IMG/VR virus record: IMGVR_UViG_3300027741_000027
Coordinates: 1-64,000 of that record
Origin: a virus
Strand: one strand, 5' to 3'
Length of the DNA: 64,000 nt
Position 1 is the stretch's first letter, and every line of letters begins with the position of its first letter. The notes below the pieces were generated by a model that was not told where the DNA came from, searched no databases, and was given only the letters and a program-made list of their open reading frames with translations. Shown here one piece after another: positions 49,558 through 59,601 of this stretch. The position numbers were made by a program, and so were the translations under genes.

Positions 49558-52319
49558 TAGATAATAATCCAGCCCGTTCCTGTTGATTGAACAGTAATAG
49601 TTTGATAGCGTTTAACGCTACCATCAATTGTAATAGAGGTTGCGTTATCAATTGTATCGCTGCCAGTTCTTGCAATAGTTATAACTCCGGTACCACTATT
49701 TTTGATATTGTAAATACGACCAGTTACGCCTGCCGCTGCTGCCGTTGTTGATGCGGCTGGAAGGGTTACCGTATATGATCCGCTTGTATAATTTACTGTA
49801 TAATGAGATGCGGTAAGGGGCAAGTTACCAGTAGAAGTCGCATCAAGATATGGCAATTGTAATGCTCCGCCTGAACCGATTGCTGCCAATGTAGTGCTAG
49901 AACTATTTTGCCATTCTTGAATATTTCCTGATTGACCATTCCAAGCTTGAGTAATTAATTTGGTTCCAGTGGGGGCGGTTGGAGCGGTACCGGCAAAATA
50001 AGCATTTGTTAATGTGGCGGTACTTGTTGGTGCGCTAGATGGGCGGTCGCTGAAACTAATAGTAAACTGTGTCGAACTTGTAACAGTGACTGTGTAAGAA
50101 CCAGAGTTAAGATTCGCCCATTGCGTGCCTGCATTATTTGCAAACCCTGAAAAAGAAACACTCTGACCAGTATAAAGTCCATGAGCTACAGATGTTGTAA
50201 GAGTGACCGTTGTGCTTGATACAGATGCTGCTGAAAACGGAGTTGTGCCTGTATCGTTATATGCATTAGTTGTTGTAGAGCTAGCAGTTGTTTGTTGAGT
50301 TCCAGATACTGGAATGTATTGTGCGCCCGTCCATGTTGGACTCGCGCCAGTCGCCCTATAAATTTTATAACTAGAAGCTCCGGGAATTTGCGCCCAAGAC
50401 AATGATGCAGTCTGATTACCGGATGTGGGGGTAACATTTACAGTTGAACTAACCGTTGTCTCCCCCTGAGGGTTGACAGCCGTAACCTGATAATTGTATT
50501 GTGTGCTGACCGTTAATGATCCTCCCGATGCTAACGCAGCAGAAGGAGAAGGAACCGCTAAAGCATTAAGATAAACATTCGTGCCATTATTTTTTAAATT
50601 GCCAAAATTATCAAATAAAGCATAAACGCTGTTATTTGTATCTGAAATTCTTAAAATGTCTTGCGTTTGATCATACCTTGATCTAGCGATTATTGGAACG
50701 GTACTAGACGAACCGCTTTGTGCGTTTACAGTATAGGCGGGCGAAATTAAAGTAGAGGCACCGGCACTGCCATTAACTTGTAGACCGCTGTTGATAACAG
50801 TATTTCCATAAACCTTATTAATTGAAAACGTAGTAGCGCCAACATAATCGTAAATTGCAAAAGCGTGTTGGTTCATTGCTGATACACCGGCTGGAGCGGC
50901 ACCCGACGTACTCGTTCCTGTATCTTTGTAAGATGTAATTGATCCGCTAGTAATTGTGGTTAAAAGTAGACCGGATCCAGTAAAAACGCTGCTGTTCGAA
51001 TTACGATAAATTTTGTAACCAATCGCACCCGGAGTTTGAACCCAATTCAAAGTAACGGTATTTGTATTATTAACTGTAGTTTGCGTGAACCTGATATAAC
51101 TAGAAGCAGTTGAAGTTGTGGCCGTACTTGAAGTTCCTACGAATCCGTCGCCATTTGAAAATACCGGAACAACAGTGTAATAATATGTTGCGGCTGAAGA
51201 GCTAAATGATGAACTTTCAGTATTAACTACGACCGGCCATGTTGCAGTATACATAGCCCTACTAATAATTAAACCATTATTTAAAGTTAATAAACCGGTT
51301 TGATCAAATTTTGCCAATACATTATTATTAACATCGTTGACATCGTATATATCAGTAGATGGAGTCACTGTTGCGGTAGCATTAGTTGCGGTTGTAATAC
51401 CAGAACCAGTTGAACTCAAAAGTATTGGCGTTCCTGCAAAGGTGACTGACATTCCAGCAGCGTGAGCGACGGGAGCTGTAGAGTTCGCACCTCTAGTGCA
51501 TCCAGTAAAAGTTGTTACCGTTAATCCCGTATAAGTGATTTGTTCACTTTCAATTTGAATTGTTCCAGTATATGAAAAACCTGCGGTGCTGCCAACGGTA
51601 ATTGTTGTACCACTTGAGCCGGGATCAGTACCGACCGTTGTTGAAGTTGAAATGGTGCCGCGAGTAGTAAAAGTATATGGGGCGTAACCGGTTTGACCAG
51701 AAGCTACAGTTGGATCTTTAGTTATGCTGGGAATACCAGAGGAGGAAATGGCATATGTAGTATAAGGTTGAAGACCCGTTGCGGAAAGACTGCCTCCTGT
51801 AGCGGTCAATGTTGCATTCGCGCTGCTGCTTGAAGTAGTTACTACCAAACCAGAAAGAGACGATCCAAGACTTGAAGTACCCTTAAGTGTTAAAGGTACT
51901 GCGGTCGTAGAAGTAGGGGCAATAGTGTTAGCAGCAGTAAAAGTATTAGCAATATTTAATGTTGCAACCGTACCATTTGCATTTGGAAAAGTCATTGTGG
52001 TACCATCGGTACCAGACAATGTTAAAGCGTTATTAATTGCTACAGTTTTACCAGATCCTAATGTTAATGTGGCTTTACTTGCGGGTGTAGTAATATCAAC
52101 ATTATTGTAAACTTTATTTCTTAAATTGTCGGAGCTATCTGTACTAACAAGATTACCTCCCCCGACCGGCAAATATGCTGAGCTTAAAGTGCCACTATTA
52201 TTGGCATATAAATATGTAACCGATCCATCAGAAGCATATATTCCCAAACTTCCGGAATCGTTAGAATTTCCTAAATTAATGAAATTGGTTTGTATACCAT
52301 TTTTAAACTTAGCAGACAT
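49557..52319 (-). CDS. Fibre/spike protein with two FN3-like modules
   Basis: YYYTVVPV...LNWVQTPGAIGYKIYR and YNYQVTAV...LSWAQIPGASSYKIYR; S/T-rich. Confidence 0.65.
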   Translation of the reverse strand: MSAKFKNGIQTNFINLGNSNDSGSLGIYASDGSVTYLYANNSGTLSSAYLPVGGGNLVSTDSSDNLRNKVYNNVDITTPASKATLTLGSGKTVAINNALTLSGTDGTTMTFPNANGTVATLNIANTFTAANTIAPTSTTAVPLTLKGTSSLGSSLSGLVVTTSSSSANATLTATGGSLSATGLQPYTTYAISSSGIPSITKDPTVASGQTGYAPYTFTTRGTISTSTTVGTDPGSSGTTITVGSTAGFSYTGTIQIESEQITYTGLTVTTFTGCTRGANSTAPVAHAAGMSVTFAGTPILLSSTGSGITTATNATATVTPSTDIYDVNDVNNNVLAKFDQTGLLTLNNGLIISRAMYTATWPVVVNTESSSFSSSAATYYYTVVPVFSNGDGFVGTSSTATTSTASSYIRFTQTTVNNTNTVTLNWVQTPGAIGYKIYRNSNSSVFTGSGLLLTTITSGSITSYKDTGTSTSGAAPAGVSAMNQHAFAIYDYVGATTFSINKVYGNTVINSGLQVNGSAGASTLISPAYTVNAQSGSSSTVPIIARSRYDQTQDILRISDTNNSVYALFDNFGNLKNNGTNVYLNALAVPSPSAALASGGSLTVSTQYNYQVTAVNPQGETTVSSTVNVTPTSGNQTASLSWAQIPGASSYKIYRATGASPTWTGAQYIPVSGTQQTTASSTTTNAYNDTGTTPFSAASVSSTTVTLTTSVAHGLYTGQSVSFSGFANNAGTQWANLNSGSYTVTVTSSTQFTISFSDRPSSAPTSTATLTNAYFAGTAPTAPTGTKLITQAWNGQSGNIQEWQNSSSTTLAAIGSGGALQLPYLDATSTGNLPLTASHYTVNYTSGSYTVTLPAASTTAAAAGVTGRIYNIKNSGTGVITIARTGSDTIDNATSITIDGSVKRYQTITVQSTGTGWIII

Positions 52320-52333
52320 TCTGCCCCTTTACT

Positions 52334-53767
52334 TTAACCAATGATGGTAATATCGTATGTATCGTAACTTGCTGTAACATCTGCAAATGTAATAGTGACT
52401 TGACCGAGTGCACTAATGACAATATCAGTATACACGACATTACCGTTAGAATCGGAAACTTGAACAATGAGATTTCGATTAGACGAAAGTCCGTGAGCAG
52501 ATTGAGCAATAACCTTAGACACGTTTCCGAAAGAAGCAGTAAAAGTTGTTACATACTTAGTTGGAAGACTCTGGTTAGTTTCAGTTGGAACGGTAGCAAG
52601 GGTTCCCGAAGTTGGAAGAGTTACGCTTGTTGTACCAGTGGCTGTAAGAGTAACAGAATAAGCTCCAGACGTTGCTAATGTTGAGCTATTAGCAAGAGTA
52701 AGCGTACCCGTGCGCGATGTAATTGTAACACCGTTAATTGAGGTTGCCGTTGCCACACCAAGTGTTGGAGTAGTAAGAGTTGGCGATGTAGCAAGAACAA
52801 AATTACCGGTGCCAGTGCTGATACTAACTGGAACCGTTGTATTATCAAGTTCAAAATTAGTACCATTTGTTATTTTAATACCAGCGGCAGGATTGTTTGC
52901 CGTATATGACGCAAGTTGCGTAAATTGAGTAAAGGTTAAGCTACTTGTGCCAACGGTAAGCGTACCAGTTGCAGATTGAATCCAAGCAGTTGATTTTTGA
53001 CCGCCATAAAGAACGAAAATGTAATCGCCATTTGCAACTTCGCCAGTAATACTGCCATCGTAATCTGTATCACGAATAAGTTTGGCGGTAGACGAAGTTG
53101 GAAAGCTATCAAGGTAATAAACACCATTTTGCGTTTGAGTCGTTTGATTTTTAACAAGAATTCTGTCGCCGGTATAGATGGTTCCCGCCGTAAGTAGCTT
53201 GCCGTCAATTGTCAAAGTTGAACTAGTTGCCGTGACAGTAAGATAGGCTCCAATGCCGTTTCCGTTTGGCGCGGTGTAGCTATTTCCAAGGTCTGCCGTG
53301 GTAGCTGCTACAACGGGGGCATGAACATTAAGATTAGCAACAGCGGCATCAACATATTTTTTGTTTGCTGCATCATTGTCTGCTGTAGGATCAGCAACGT
53401 ATTGAATTTTTTGAGGTGTACCGCTTGTACCGGCAGAGATAGTTCCAGTGGCGTAACCGATAGTGTCAAGTCTTACAGAATTAGCTGTAGCAGACGTTGT
53501 AAGAAGTTTAGTTACGTCAATTGCTGCACTAGATGAAATATCAGCATTGACAATACTTCCGGAATAAGGAATGCTCAACCAAGCGCTGTTAGCCGCATTA
53601 CGAATAACTAACCGGTTATTAGTTCCGCCACCGCTTGTATCAAAATAAATTACTCCGGTTTTTTGATTAACCGCTGTAGTAGGATAATTGACATCTGGTT
53701 GCGGATTTAAAGCAACATTTTGAAGCTGATTGTTATTTAAATTGATTGATGTATAAAATTTAGGCAT
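52334..53767 (-). CDS. Fibre-like virion protein
   Basis: DAANKKYVD...VVAATT...DRILVKNQTTQTQNGVY motif. Confidence 0.65.
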   Translation of the reverse strand: MPKFYTSINLNNNQLQNVALNPQPDVNYPTTAVNQKTGVIYFDTSGGGTNNRLVIRNAANSAWLSIPYSGSIVNADISSSAAIDVTKLLTTSATANSVRLDTIGYATGTISAGTSGTPQKIQYVADPTADNDAANKKYVDAAVANLNVHAPVVAATTADLGNSYTAPNGNGIGAYLTVTATSSTLTIDGKLLTAGTIYTGDRILVKNQTTQTQNGVYYLDSFPTSSTAKLIRDTDYDGSITGEVANGDYIFVLYGGQKSTAWIQSATGTLTVGTSSLTFTQFTQLASYTANNPAAGIKITNGTNFELDNTTVPVSISTGTGNFVLATSPTLTTPTLGVATATSINGVTITSRTGTLTLANSSTLATSGAYSVTLTATGTTSVTLPTSGTLATVPTETNQSLPTKYVTTFTASFGNVSKVIAQSAHGLSSNRNLIVQVSDSNGNVVYTDIVISALGQVTITFADVTASYDTYDITIIG

Positions 53768-54051
53768 TAATTAAAAAAAGCCTTTCCGGTAAAAGCGGCG
53801 GTAAATGTCAAGGTTACTTGGTTAAGCGAATTGTAACGAATTTCTCCAATAACAACATCATCATTATTATCTACAACTGTTACGGAACAGTATTTATTTA
53901 GATTGTGGGTGATTGGATTATTTCCAGCTATAAAAGATTGAATGGGAGTCACATAATTTGCTCCGCTCCCTTGACTTACAAGCATTGATTCTGTACTTAA
54001 TACCAAATTAACTGGGTTGATCGGATTTTCTAATTTTATTTTATCGGGCAT
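53767..54051 (-). CDS. Small fibre-associated protein
   Basis: ITHNLNKYCSVTVVD...VTLTFTAAFTGKAFFN; same fold type as the C-terminus of the downstream gene. Confidence 0.6.
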   Translation of the reverse strand: MPDKIKLENPINPVNLVLSTESMLVSQGSGANYVTPIQSFIAGNNPITHNLNKYCSVTVVDNNDDVVIGEIRYNSLNQVTLTFTAAFTGKAFFN

Positions 54052-54068
54052 CGTATATTAAATGTTGG

Positions 54069-57000
54069 CTAACCCATAGAAACAATTGAAGTGCCTTTAC
54101 GGGCAAGCGTTTCTCTAATTTTTACTTCTAAATACGCCGTATTAATATTAAAATTAAATATACTGGGGGCAATATAAGATTTAGTATGAGTTGTTTGACT
54201 AGAAAGATTTATGGGTTTGTCTATTGTTATAACCAAAGAATCTAAAACGCTTTGGTTTAATAAAGGAAAATCAATTTGATTAATTTGCGTAATAGTGTTT
54301 TCTTGACCCAAATTATTATCAGCTTGAATCCATCCATTGATGTTATTTTTAAATGATATTATAGAATTAGGTTGACTTATTACAGGAGAGGCGCTTATAC
54401 TAAATCCTAAAGTTCCAAGGGTGGCATCAGCAGCATCAATGCCGCCATCGGTAAATTGATCTGCGTAAACGGCTGCGATTGATATATATTTTGTTGAAGG
54501 GCGAGTATAAGAGCTTGGCGTAGCGTTAGAGGCGCTAACTCTTAAATTTGACGGATCAAAAAGAGTACTAAATGAGATTTCTGCTTCGGTATCTACGTCT
54601 TTCCAAATTCCGGTTATGCTATCCTTGTAAAGAGCAATTTTTATCCAAGCAAAATCGGTTGGATTTGTATCGCAAGTTGTAACAAGTTGCCAATATGAAT
54701 TTGTTTCATATGGAGAGGTTGTATTAATGCTATAGCGGTTATCGTTTTGCAAACTTCTATAAACTCTATAAACTCCGTCATCCTGTTTATATGAAATTAA
54801 ATCGCCAAGCGAATAAGTAATTTGGGGATAAGTGCTGGGGCCACCAGTCGCGCCAGATCCAAGACCCTGCCTGCCATTAGAGTCAGTTCCAGTAATAGTT
54901 GGGTTAAACCAATTACCCTTATAATTTATTGCTTTATAATTAAAATATCTTGTAGAATCATAAAGTTTAATATTTGCTGTTAAAGGCGCATTGGTCGCAT
55001 TAATATAAGTTCCAGATGATATGGTAGAACTTGGTTTCCAAAGAGATGTTATTCCGGTATCGGGGTCAGTGTAACTCATTTGAATAGTGTTTGATGGAGT
55101 TTTACTTGAAATAAACACTCCGTTTTTTATTTTTCCCGCGCTATCATTAAGAAATGCACCAACGCCAAAATTGGCAATTGCAGAGCTACTTGAGAAAGTT
55201 AAAGTGCTACTACTGGTGCTGGTGCTTGATGTAATTTGCTGCCTAGTCGCCCTATCGGAATATCCAGTAACTAAACAAACCCATACTTCAACTCTGCTCG
55301 CGTTTCTACCGCTTGGGAATGGATTTGGGGTTGATAAAGTCCAATCCATATATTGAGCGGATGAATTTGATACGGAATTTACAACTACGGAATTATTTAA
55401 ATAAGGGGTGATACCTCTAACTGTGGCACCGATGTTATGCGTAGCAGGAATTGTGTTATTGTAACCACGCCCAGTTGCAGTTGCAGTTAAAGTGCTGCCA
55501 GACCTTGTGTATTTAATATACTCTTCATCAATAAGTACAATTCCGGAAGTAGCAAGTGCGCTTGAACCAGTTCCAACCGTAAATTGAATTGATCCCGCCG
55601 TGCTAGTAATATTTGTTGACAGTGTGACCGTGCCAGTACCATTAACAGCGGCAACAAAGTCGGACCCAGATTGAGAAGTTGTCCATGTAGACCCACTTTG
55701 AGTGGCAACTGCCGGTCTTTGATTTCTAAATACCATCAAAGTATGATTAAAATTGACAACCGGTTTAATATAAAGAATATCTTGATTACTTCCTTTATAA
55801 AAACTATTTGTAAACATATAAAGATATGACGAACTGTTGTTAGATGAATCAAACCACACGGTAGAATTTTGAGGCAGTGCGGACCCACTTTTAACTAATT
55901 GGGTTTGCATCGTATAAGATCCATCAAGGGTGACGCCGGATTCGGTTGTAGTTGACAAAGTATCAGATTTATAAAAATTAAATCCGTTTGCAACAAGATC
56001 TTGAGTCGGAACAATATATCTATTGCCAATAATTTCGGGTTTATTAACATTTTTATCTGGAAAGTTGGACGGACCATCGTAGGTCGAATGAATCACAGAA
56101 CTTTCAGGATTATCGGTAGGGGCATCATTCATAAACGGACTGAGCGAATCATAAATATATTGACTTTTATAAATATCACTGGTCCATGGAAACCAAGTTG
56201 TCGTCCCAAGATAGGTAACCTTATAATAACCTTGATAATTATTTAAAATTCCAGCCACAAACCTTTTACTATTTAAAATATAACTCATTGTTTTGCGAGC
56301 TGTAGCGGGCGGTAAGGGAAACCCGCCCTCTTCTAATATTGCGGGTTTTTGATAACTATTAAATATTGACAAATTGGCTGCTAGCTCATATGCCGACCGC
56401 GATGAATTGGCATACTGATGAGGAGAGAAAACATCAACTAAATCATTAATATTTGCTGGACTAAATCCACCTGTAAAAAATGGACTGCTATTTCCATAAA
56501 AACTAGTAGTTGGCATAGTAATTGGAGTATATTGATCTTCGCCGGTATTTCTAATAGCGTCTTTCATTTTTGTAATCCAATTACGAATAACCATTTTATT
56601 TTGTACGCCTCTGGGCGTGAGAGATAAATATGGTACGTAATGTCTATCAGAATTAAAAAAAGATGATCCGACCCATTGAGTATTGTTGGTAATAGTACAA
56701 TTTTGATAATCTAAAGAAGACGTTACGTCATCGGCATTTGACAATGTAATAACATATTGATTATTTGAATTAGCGGTGATTGTATCACCAGTGGTAAATG
56801 ATATGTTGCCGCCCTGTGGAATTGTGTCACTGTAAATTTGATAAGTCGTATTTGGTTTTAATTGTTGACGAAAATAAGACGCATTTTGAACCGATAGAAC
56901 TCCCGAGGAGGCCGGGCCTATAACAGTAAAAATGTTTGGAGTTAAAACGGATTTAACTGTATAATTTCCATTTATATTTGACGGGGTTGCGCCAGAAATT

Positions 57001-59597
57001 GTTACCAGATCATTAATTTTTAATTGATGCGGAGTACCCGTAGTATATTTATACGTGTAAGTTTTTGGAATTGTAGTTACAAACCCGTTTCCAATTATAT
57101 CTTCATATTCAATTGATACGGTTACACCGTAATTTGGTAATAGTGAATCGTTTTGAACAATTTGTTTATATGTATTTAATATTTTTGTGTGACCAAGGCT
57201 GTTTAAATTATTATTAGCGTCATAATCCGAATTAATATCTAATTTAGTTTGATTAGGCGAATTTACATCTATAAAATAAATATTTCTATCAAAAAATTCG
57301 GCTTGTATTAATTTAGAAATTTTTTGATTCCATTTAATAACCGGATTAACTTCGTCTGATGAAGATTTAATGTATCCAGCAGGCAAATTATTATCAATAG
57401 AATTTAAAAAAATAGGTCTCGGATCAGATGATTCAATTTGCCAATAATCTAAACAAGCCGTACCGTTTGTTACATTTAAAGTAATAGAAATGGTATTAGC
57501 ACCAGATGGTAAGGCGTTTAACCTTTTAATGACTGGCAGCGCAAAATAATTTTGATCATTAGTATTAGATTTATATACATCAATTCCAGATATTAAACTT
57601 TGTGTATAAGAATTTCCATTAACCGTAATAGTTGCGCTAGCAGAAGAACCGTATTCAACCATAAATCCAATGGCGACAGTTTGATCAGCGGTAAAACCAA
57701 TTGGCGTAGTAAAGGTTACCGTTGTATTACCAGACCCCCCAGATGGTTGATAACGTTGATAACTGTTGCCCGAGGCGCTATACGCAGCAATATGAACAGT
57801 GGGATCAACAGTTGTAAATTGATTAAGGTTTGAAAATTCATTAACGTAACCAAATCTAGTAGAAAGTCTACTTAAAACAACTTTTAAAGATTGAATAAAA
57901 AACGTATCATTATATCCTTGATTTGCACCATATAATTTAAAATCTTCTTTTCCAAAATTTATAGAATTAAATTGAAAATTATTGCCTTGAGGATAATTTT
58001 TTAGCACTTGGCCGTAGCCAGTAGGATTCCCATTATTGTGTTGATTAGAAGATAAAATTGCACCAGACACTCCAAAATTAGATTCCTGTAATACCGAAGT
58101 GAGACTGCTTAAAAGTTGAGTAGAATACCTTTGCAAAGATGGCGTAGATAATCCCGACCCAACCGTTGTAGAATCTCCTATAAATCCAAAAGTTGGAGGC
58201 TCATCAACAGTGGCAGGTTGAAAAGGAACGCCGCTAGCTAAAAAATCTAAAATTGCTGTAGTGCTGCCCTCTGTTGTTTGCACAAGTTTTAAATTATCAA
58301 TATCGGGTTCTTTATTAATTAAAGATATATATGAATTGACATTCGGATTAACAATTTCTTCATCTGATAGTGGAGGATAGGTTCCATAAGATAGGCGATC
58401 AACACCAGTAATGTCAATTTTTTGACCAGAAACGGATAAATTTTGATAATAAAGAAGTTCAACTTTACTATTTGTCGCGTCTGTTAATAGTGCAAAACCG
58501 GGAGTGTTTAATTTGTTAGAGGGAAATCCGGTTCCTGACGGATTGCTTCCAGTTATAGTGGATGTTCCGTCGTCGTTTTCTGCATAATAAGTTACTACAG
58601 CGTCGTCTATTCCTTCGACCGGTTCATTAATTAAGCTGTACCAAGCGACCGCAGGGTGAGCGTTAACAGTTTGAGCCACACTTGACCAAAAACTGGCTTG
58701 AGCAGTCCATCTATCAACATCATTAGACCAAGCCAACCAGTCAGGTTGATCTCCTGCAACCCATGAATTTGCACCGTTAATAATAACATAAATATCATAT
58801 TTAGCCGCTAAATCACAAAAAGCATATAAATTATCAAGTTGATCCTGATCAACTAAAAAGGGGTCGGTATTGACATCTGTTACAGGTTCTTCAATAAAAC
58901 TTATAATATCATTTGGTTGTTGATCCGCGTCATCTGAATCGTCTTTGCCTTCATTTGCAGCATCGATTGCAGCTTGATAACCTTGGTCATCAAGCATAAA
59001 TTTATCAAGTTGCAAACAAATTCTGATAATTTTAGATTTGGCTATGTTTTTCATAATTGCCAAATCTAATTCTATTGAACCCATTCCAATTAATACATTA
59101 TTGACTGAGGTACCAACGGTATTAGCATTAATGAAATTTTTAAATTCTTGTTGAAATGTAATTGTGTTATTAGTTGTATTAATATTGGAAATAGCTTGAC
59201 GATTATTATTTACATCTGTTGCAGCGCCCTCGATACTAAAATTAACCGAAGTACCTCCAAAAACATTTGTGCCAATAAGCGTAGGACTTCCGGCAATAGT
59301 AATTTTGTCGGTTCCAATTGTAAAAGTGTCAGAAGAAAGTGCTTCATTCAATGTTAGAGTAACATTGTAAGTAAAAGTTGGGCCGGTTCCAGAAACATAA
59401 GACCAAGCTATTTTATTAACGGTAAAAATTCCGCCTTTGGCGTATAAATTATCGCTCCAAACGTTTTCAATAATTTCTCCATACGCCCCAATATCTAAGA
59501 TGTTTAAATTGTCATAATTATGACCCCAAACAGGGAATAATGATCCATCTTGCTTGACAATATTAGTTCCGTCTATTTTCAACCTTTGCGTAATCAT
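54069..59597 (-). CDS. 1842-aa virion protein with GH5-like (clan GH-A) barrel and nested SGNH-like and beta modules
   Basis: WGHNY, DLAIMK..KIIRI, WYSLINEP (E325), FSPHQY, KPAILEEGGF (E1089/E1090), FIGDS (S476). Confidence 0.7.
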   Translation of the reverse strand: MITQRLKIDGTNIVKQDGSLFPVWGHNYDNLNILDIGAYGEIIENVWSDNLYAKGGIFTVNKIAWSYVSGTGPTFTYNVTLTLNEALSSDTFTIGTDKITIAGSPTLIGTNVFGGTSVNFSIEGAATDVNNNRQAISNINTTNNTITFQQEFKNFINANTVGTSVNNVLIGMGSIELDLAIMKNIAKSKIIRICLQLDKFMLDDQGYQAAIDAANEGKDDSDDADQQPNDIISFIEEPVTDVNTDPFLVDQDQLDNLYAFCDLAAKYDIYVIINGANSWVAGDQPDWLAWSNDVDRWTAQASFWSSVAQTVNAHPAVAWYSLINEPVEGIDDAVVTYYAENDDGTSTITGSNPSGTGFPSNKLNTPGFALLTDATNSKVELLYYQNLSVSGQKIDITGVDRLSYGTYPPLSDEEIVNPNVNSYISLINKEPDIDNLKLVQTTEGSTTAILDFLASGVPFQPATVDEPPTFGFIGDSTTVGSGLSTPSLQRYSTQLLSSLTSVLQESNFGVSGAILSSNQHNNGNPTGYGQVLKNYPQGNNFQFNSINFGKEDFKLYGANQGYNDTFFIQSLKVVLSRLSTRFGYVNEFSNLNQFTTVDPTVHIAAYSASGNSYQRYQPSGGSGNTTVTFTTPIGFTADQTVAIGFMVEYGSSASATITVNGNSYTQSLISGIDVYKSNTNDQNYFALPVIKRLNALPSGANTISITLNVTNGTACLDYWQIESSDPRPIFLNSIDNNLPAGYIKSSSDEVNPVIKWNQKISKLIQAEFFDRNIYFIDVNSPNQTKLDINSDYDANNNLNSLGHTKILNTYKQIVQNDSLLPNYGVTVSIEYEDIIGNGFVTTIPKTYTYKYTTGTPHQLKINDLVTISGATPSNINGNYTVKSVLTPNIFTVIGPASSGVLSVQNASYFRQQLKPNTTYQIYSDTIPQGGNISFTTGDTITANSNNQYVITLSNADDVTSSLDYQNCTITNNTQWVGSSFFNSDRHYVPYLSLTPRGVQNKMVIRNWITKMKDAIRNTGEDQYTPITMPTTSFYGNSSPFFTGGFSPANINDLVDVFSPHQYANSSRSAYELAANLSIFNSYQKPAILEEGGFPLPPATARKTMSYILNSKRFVAGILNNYQGYYKVTYLGTTTWFPWTSDIYKSQYIYDSLSPFMNDAPTDNPESSVIHSTYDGPSNFPDKNVNKPEIIGNRYIVPTQDLVANGFNFYKSDTLSTTTESGVTLDGSYTMQTQLVKSGSALPQNSTVWFDSSNNSSSYLYMFTNSFYKGSNQDILYIKPVVNFNHTLMVFRNQRPAVATQSGSTWTTSQSGSDFVAAVNGTGTVTLSTNITSTAGSIQFTVGTGSSALATSGIVLIDEEYIKYTRSGSTLTATATGRGYNNTIPATHNIGATVRGITPYLNNSVVVNSVSNSSAQYMDWTLSTPNPFPSGRNASRVEVWVCLVTGYSDRATRQQITSSTSTSSSTLTFSSSSAIANFGVGAFLNDSAGKIKNGVFISSKTPSNTIQMSYTDPDTGITSLWKPSSTISSGTYINATNAPLTANIKLYDSTRYFNYKAINYKGNWFNPTITGTDSNGRQGLGSGATGGPSTYPQITYSLGDLISYKQDDGVYRVYRSLQNDNRYSINTTSPYETNSYWQLVTTCDTNPTDFAWIKIALYKDSITGIWKDVDTEAEISFSTLFDPSNLRVSASNATPSSYTRPSTKYISIAAVYADQFTDGGIDAADATLGTLGFSISASPVISQPNSIISFKNNINGWIQADNNLGQENTITQINQIDFPLLNQSVLDSLVITIDKPINLSSQTTHTKSYIAPSIFNFNINTAYLEVKIRETLARKGTSIVSMG

Positions 59598-59601
59598 TAA
59601 A

